A DNA stretch of 10,808 nucleotides from a virus. Numbering within the stretch: position 1 is the stretch's first letter; each line of letters starts with the position of its first letter. The notes below the pieces were generated by a model. That model was not told where the DNA came from, did no database searches, and saw nothing but the letters and a program-made list of their open reading frames with translations. Position numbers and translations under genes: made by a program. The stretch is from the UHGV virus genome UHGV-0129264. One strand, 5' to 3'. Positions 6,757-10,808 of the stretch are shown in pieces.

Positions 6757-6978
6757 ATGCAATCCATTAACTTCCGTACCGCGCGCGGCAACCTTTCTGA
6801 AGTGCTCAACAATGTTGAAGCCGGGGAAGAGGTTGAAATCACCCGCAGAGGCCGTGAGCCAGCAGTAATTGTCAGCAAGGCTACTTTCGAAGCCTACAAA
6901 AAAGCGGCGCTGGATGCTGAATTTGCATCCCTGTTTGACACCCTGGACTCCACCAACAAGGAACTGGTTAACCGATAA
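6757..6978 (+). CDS. phd: Phd antitoxin (prevent-host-death), 73 aa
   Basis: Sequence [41 protein letters not shown]... matches P1 Phd as I recall it; ATG at 6757 (track start 6751 is an upstream GTG); stop overlaps the doc start (TAATG). Confidence 0.95.
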   Translation: MQSINFRTARGNLSEVLNNVEAGEEVEITRRGREPAVIVSKATFEAYKKAALDAEFASLFDTLDSTNKELVNR

Positions 6979-7358
6979 TGAGGCATATATCACCGGAAGA
7001 ACTTATTGCGCTTCATGATGCGAATATAAACCGCTACGGCGGCCTGCCGGGAATGTCAGATCCGGGTAGGGCAGAGGCCATTATCGGGAGAGTTCAGGCC
7101 AGAGTCGCCTACGAAGAGATCACCGACCTTTTCGAAGTCTCCGCCACCTACCTGGTGGCTACAGCGAGAGGGCATATATTCAATGATGCCAATAAGCGTA
7201 CCGCGCTAAACAGTGCGCTGTTATTTCTACGCCGTAACGGGGTGCAGGTATTTGATTCACCTGAACTGGCAGACCTTACCGTAGGGGCTGCGACCGGAGA
7301 GATATCTGTATCTTCTGTCGCCGACACGTTACGTAGATTGTATGGTTCCGCGGAGTAG
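6978..7358 (+). CDS. doc: Doc toxin (death-on-curing, Fic-fold kinase), 126 aa
   Basis: [17 protein letters not shown]...[11 protein letters not shown]... matches P1 Doc as I recall it; translationally coupled to phd. Confidence 0.95.
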   Translation: MRHISPEELIALHDANINRYGGLPGMSDPGRAEAIIGRVQARVAYEEITDLFEVSATYLVATARGHIFNDANKRTALNSALLFLRRNGVQVFDSPELADLTVGAATGEISVSSVADTLRRLYGSAE

Positions 7359-7362
7359 ATTA

Positions 7363-7542
7363 ATGGCACGTAAATACAACAAATTGTCCCGTGAAGCGTT
7401 AAAGATGCTTCTTGATGGCGTGAGTCGCCGCGAGGTAAAGCAATACCTGGTTGGTAAGCAAATTGGTGCTAGGACCGCTATTGCTGTGTTATGCCGTCAG
7501 GAAATGGTTGTGCTTAAACAGAGAATGCCGGGCAGCAGATAA
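7363..7542 (+). CDS. Small 59-aa basic protein with probable helix-turn-helix (post-doc small gene, possibly pdcA)
   Basis: ATG at 7363 with GGAG (7352-7355) 7 nt upstream, 5 nt after the doc stop; the track's 7342 start lies inside doc and lacks an SD. Confidence 0.5.
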   Translation: MARKYNKLSREALKMLLDGVSRREVKQYLVGKQIGARTAIAVLCRQEMVVLKQRMPGSR

Positions 7543-7569
7543 AGCCCAATCAGTGATGAAAGGTGTGAT

Positions 7570-8613
7570 GTGAAAGCCGTAATTACTCCCTTTGTACAAA
7601 AAGAGCTTGGCGTCGCCACATTCAAAGTGGATCAGGAAGTCAGAAAGCTGGTGGAGGCTGGCCGTAAATTTATTATGGAGCCGGTGCCGCGTGAGTTAAT
7701 CGAGCACATGGACGACGGCCTCGTTGTTTCCGAGCAAACTATGGCAACAAATGAGGCGTTGCAGCCGTTTTTTAACAGCGATGAACTGTTTCGCCGTATT
7801 GGTGGAATTGACGCGCTGGTGGCGTGGTTGCGCAGGAAAGAGGGGCAATGCCAGGCCGCAGATCGTAGCTGGTGTGACAACCATATTGTCCACGCAGAAC
7901 GAGACAATAGCGCGGTGTTGTTGTGCTGGCATCACGATAACCATTACCGGATGCGTGGTTTTAATGAGCTGAAAGAAACGCTGCATAATAATCGCGTTAA
8001 CTGGATACTGGATGTCGCCCGTCAGGAAATGGGGCTTTCAGATGGCCATGATCTAAGTATTCAGGAACTGTGCTGGTGGGCTTTCATGCGCAACATGATG
8101 CACCTGATGCCGGAAGAAGTTTGCCGTATATCAATAAATAAGATGAAAGCCGCAACGCAGGATAGCGGACCTCTGAAAGAGGCGGATATTCGCCCGTATG
8201 ACGATCGCGCTACAGCATATGTTCAGATGATGGAAGAACGCGCCGCGCCGATGCGTGCAAAAGTATGCCCTGTGGATGTTGACTCCGACCCTGGCATGGC
8301 GCATTTCAAAATACCAAAACTGCAATCGCTAAAATTACCTGAGTACATGGACTTTGTTGCTTCCCGTCCATGCTGTGGGTGTGGAGCGGCGGGAGCTGGC
8401 GCTCACATTACGCCTTATATCGTTCGTCATAGTCGATTATGCGCGCATGACATTTACGCAATTCCTCTGTGCCAGTCATGCCAGCGTGATATTGAGCGTG
8501 ACCGCGATAATTGGGAGAAGACGCACGGTAGGCTGGCGATGCATCAACGATTGTTCTTTGATTACGCGCTTGGAGTCGGCGCTATCACAAGTCACTCGTC
8601 GAGCGTTATATAA
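7570..8613 (+). CDS. pdcB: PdcB-like 347-aa protein (post-doc), Cys/His-rich with a possible HNH-like motif ([24 protein letters not shown]) and a C-terminal Cys cluster
   Basis: GTG start at 7570 with AAGGTG SD; position after phd-doc as in P1; motif reading is by eye only. Confidence 0.75.
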   Translation: MKAVITPFVQKELGVATFKVDQEVRKLVEAGRKFIMEPVPRELIEHMDDGLVVSEQTMATNEALQPFFNSDELFRRIGGIDALVAWLRRKEGQCQAADRSWCDNHIVHAERDNSAVLLCWHHDNHYRMRGFNELKETLHNNRVNWILDVARQEMGLSDGHDLSIQELCWWAFMRNMMHLMPEEVCRISINKMKAATQDSGPLKEADIRPYDDRATAYVQMMEERAAPMRAKVCPVDVDSDPGMAHFKIPKLQSLKLPEYMDFVASRPCCGCGAAGAGAHITPYIVRHSRLCAHDIYAIPLCQSCQRDIERDRDNWEKTHGRLAMHQRLFFDYALGVGAITSHSSSVI

Positions 8614-8614
8614 A

Positions 8615-8656
8615 ATTGCTCTAATGTATTGCTATTTCTTTAATCGAGGGTATTAT
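8615..8656 (+). promoter_or_regulatory. C1 operator-like site ATTGCTCTAATGTATTG (8615-8631) overlapping -35 TTGCTA (8629-8634), 16-bp spacer, -10 TATTAT (8651-8656): C1-repressed promoter for lpa
   Basis: 14/17 to operator consensus; promoter hexamers and spacing read from sequence; consistent with known C1 control of the late-promoter activator gene. Confidence 0.6.
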
Positions 8657-8701
8657 ATTCCACGTTGATTAGTTGACATGGGCTAATCAGTAGGTGACAG
8701 G

Positions 8702-9154
8702 ATGTTACTTAACTGGCAGGGACGCCACTTCATGGAAATAAATCACTCACGAATAACATCGTACGAGATTGCGGATTACATGATCCGCACTAAATCTCTT
8801 CTATCAGCGAAAGAACTCGCAGCAATTCTTGAAAAGGAATACCCGCATCTGGATGTCGATAAGCGCGATGTTTATCTGCGCTTAAAGGCTATCGCTGTGT
8901 CTAAGTATTCGTCTGTTTTGATTGATGACAGTACACGCCCACGTAGATTTCAGATCCACTCTCTGAATCCTGAATTCTTTCGCCGTAGCCGCGCTCCGCG
9001 CCGGTTTGATGAAAAACTCCAGAACGAACTCTATATGACGCAGGACGAAAAGGAACGCCGGGAGCACCAGCCTTGGGTAATGGCGCGTCAACTTTTCAAT
9101 AAGGTGGCCCGTCAGCACCGTCATTACGGTAATGCCACATCCGCACGTATCTGA
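8702..9154 (+). CDS. lpa: Lpa, late promoter activator (gene 10 product)
   Basis: Position between pdcB and pacA with a C1-controlled promoter upstream; AGGTGA SD before ATG 8702; identity rests on synteny (sequence not recalled). Confidence 0.7.
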   Translation: MLLNWQGRHFMEINHSRITSYEIADYMIRTKSLLSAKELAAILEKEYPHLDVDKRDVYLRLKAIAVSKYSSVLIDDSTRPRRFQIHSLNPEFFRRSRAPRRFDEKLQNELYMTQDEKERREHQPWVMARQLFNKVARQHRHYGNATSARI

Positions 9155-9239
9155 TTGATTGCTTGCTCGTTCCGGGCCTTTTGACATGTGACTTTCGTTA
9201 CCCTCGCGTCAAAAAGAGTTTTTACGAAAGGAAGCATAA

Positions 9240-10025
9240 GTGACCTGGGACGATCACAAGAAGAATTTTGCTCGCCTGGCGCGAGATGGTGGTTACACCA
9301 TCGCACAGTATGCCGCCGAGTTTAATCTTAACCCTAATACCGCACGTCGTTATCTCCGTGCCTTCAAAGAAGACACCAGGACTGCGGACAGCCGCAAGCC
9401 AAATAAGCCAGTCAGGAAGCCACTAAAAAGCATGATCATTGATCACTCTAATGATCAACATGCAGGTGATCATATTGCGGCTGAAATAGCGGAAAAACAG
9501 AGAGTTAATGCCGTTATCAGTGCCGCAGTCGAGAATGCGAAGCGCCAAAATAAGCGCATAAATGATCGTTCAGATGATCATGACGTGATCACCCGCGCCC
9601 ACCGGACCTTACGTGATCGCCTGGAACGCGACACCCTGGATGATGATGGTGAACGCTTTGAATTCGAAGCTGGCGATTACCTGATAGATAACGTTGAAGC
9701 GCGGAAGGCCGCGCGCGCTATGTTGCGTCGGTCCGGGGCCGATGTTCTGGAAACCACTCTTCTTGAAAAGTCTCTTTCTCATCTCCTTATGCTGGAGAAC
9801 GCCAGGGATACGTGTATTCGCCTGGTGCAGGAAATGCGCGATCAGCAAAAAGACGATGATGAAGGTACTCCGCCTGAATACCGTATCGCGAGCATGCTAA
9901 ACAGCTGTTCCGCGCAGATAAGCAGCCTGATCAACACCATTTACAGCATCCGGAATAACTATCGAAAAGAAAGCCGGGAGGCGGAAAAGGGGTCCGCTTG
10001 GAAAACGGAAAATATCCTACGCTAA
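9240..10025 (+). pseudogene. pacA: pacA (pacase/terminase small subunit) truncated by transposon insertion: about 249 native codons then 12 codons read from the transposon IR before a stop
   Basis: GTG start 9240 with AGGAAG SD; N-terminus [10 protein letters not shown] matches P1 PacA as I recall; the reading frame runs into the 38-bp IR at 9989 and ends at TAA 10023-10025; native PacA is about 400 aa. Confidence 0.85.
9433..9591 (+). repeat. P1 pac site: four TGATCA hexamers (9433-9438, 9440-9445, 9452-9457, 9467-9472) and three TGATCR hexamers (9563-9568, 9575-9580, 9586-9591) flanking the cleavage region
   Basis: The 4+3 arrangement of Dam-site-containing hexamers inside the 5' part of pacA matches the described pac site architecture. 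Confidence 0.9.
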
Positions 10026-10026
10026 G
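9989..10026. repeat. 38-bp terminal inverted repeat of a Tn3-family transposon (GGGGTCCGCTTGGAAAACGGAAAATATCCTACGCTAAG), Tn21/Tn501-subgroup-like
   Basis: GGGG terminus, internal GAAAACGGAAAAT and terminal ACGCTAAG match Tn21-type IRs from memory; the tnpA stop lies inside the IR, as is typical. Confidence 0.85.
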
Positions 10027-10808
10027 CCTGTTTTTTGTACAGGCTGCTGTCTACTGAGCGTAACGAACGGTATTTCCCCTGTCCCAGCTTGAGGTTTGTT
10101 CGCCAGACGTAATCTCCGCTCAGGTTGATGTGTTCCCATCCCAGAGGGGACAGATGAGAAATCAGCTGGTCATTGATTAGGATCCCTTTTCGCTTCAGAG
10201 AATCTATGGCTCTTTCTATATATACCGTATTCCAGAGTGAGATCGCCGCAGTCAGCAAGGTGAGCCCACTTGCCCGATAGCTCTGGTATTCCAGTCCCCG
10301 ATCTCTGATTTCACCCAGCCGGTGCATAAAGACTGCGCGCGCAAGGGCATTCCGCGCCTCACCTTTATTCAGCCCTGCCTGTACGCGTCGACGCAGGGAA
10401 GGATCCCGGAACCAGTCCAGCATAAACAATGACCTTTCGATGCGACCAATTTCCCTTAGCGCTTTTGCCAGACCATTTTGTTTCGGATAGCTGGCCAGCT
10501 TTTTCATCATCAGTGATGCTGTTACCGTTCCCTGTTTTATAGAGTTCGCCAGACGTAGCACCTCACTCCAGTGGGTTTCAATGTCCTTTAGATTCAGGCT
10601 GGTTGTGGAAATAATTGACTGAAGCCCCGGATACAACTCGGATTTTCCATGAATAAACAATCTCTTGTCATGAAGATCCCGGATCCTTGGCGCAAAAGCG
10701 AATCCGAGCAGATGCATCAACGCGAAAACATGATCAGTGAAACCTGCGGTGTCGGTGTAATGCTCTGTAATCTCCAGCTCGCTTTCGTGATACAGCAAGC
10801 CGTCAAGT
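10022..10808 (-). CDS. tnpA: Tn3-family transposase TnpA, C-terminal ~260 aa (partial; N-terminus beyond window end)
   Basis: C-terminal region ([21 protein letters not shown]...[13 protein letters not shown]) is typical of Tn3-family DDE transposases; ORF is open to the window edge. Confidence 0.9.
   Translation of the reverse strand, partial: LDGLLYHESELEITEHYTDTAGFTDHVFALMHLLGFAFAPRIRDLHDKRLFIHGKSELYPGLQSIISTTSLNLKDIETHWSEVLRLANSIKQGTVTASLMMKKLASYPKQNGLAKALREIGRIERSLFMLDWFRDPSLRRRVQAGLNKGEARNALARAVFMHRLGEIRDRGLEYQSYRASGLTLLTAAISLWNTVYIERAIDSLKRKGILINDQLISHLSPLGWEHINLSGDYVWRTNLKLGQGKYRSLRSVDSSLYKKQA

Larger units (their letters stand above)
9989..10808 (-). mobile_element. Left end of a Tn3-family transposon inserted into pacA; extends beyond the window
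   Basis: IR followed inward by the tnpA 3' end on the minus strand. Confidence 0.85.

Noticed and set aside
9441-9457. CTCTAAT within the pac site as a possible C1 operator
   Set aside because: Only about 10/17 matches to the operator consensus; the match is a by-product of the TGATCA hexamer repeats.
6405-9900. Antisense or overlapping ORFs inside humD, phd, doc, pdcB, lpa and pacA (for example 6405-6629, 6574-6993, 6681-6878, 7148-7369, 7632-7907, 7696-7986, 7724-7972, 8131-8325, 8354-8668, 8882-9187, 9124-9306, 9609-9848, 9694-9900)
   Set aside because: Shadow ORFs overlapping recognisable genes; no independent support.
1-10808. CRISPR arrays, tRNA or rRNA genes
   Set aside because: No regularly spaced direct repeats and no cloverleaf-like or rRNA-like conserved segments recognised by eye; the only ordered repeats are the pac hexamers and the operator copies.

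Overview
This window reads as a segment of a P1-like phage-plasmid (Enterobacteriaceae). The right half is recognisably the P1 humD-phd-doc-pdcB-lpa-pacA region: a LexA box in front of an N-terminally truncated UmuD'-like gene, the Phd/Doc addiction pair with its GTGTACAC operator, a C1-operator-overlapped promoter in front of lpa, and pacA carrying the 4+3 TGATCA/G hexamer pac site. pacA is cut short by a Tn3-family transposon: its 38-bp terminal inverted repeat and the 3' end of tnpA fill the last 0.8 kb. The left half carries two operons that each begin at a C1-operator-like site directly after the preceding stop codon. One encodes a 72-aa protein, a 420-aa coiled-coil protein and a small HAD-type phosphatase; the other a 28-aa hydrophobic peptide, a 392-aa protein with an ASCH-like N-terminal region, and small downstream ORFs. 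Between these and humD lies a roughly 2.2-kb AT-rich segment (4104-6290) with a 45-aa hydrophobic peptide gene and a tightly coupled minus-strand gene pair of unknown function. This segment is my best candidate for an undescribed accessory module, though I cannot confirm without a database comparison that it differs from reference P1. No rRNA, tRNA or CRISPR array was seen. Protein identities are from memory of family sequences and motifs; no search was run.
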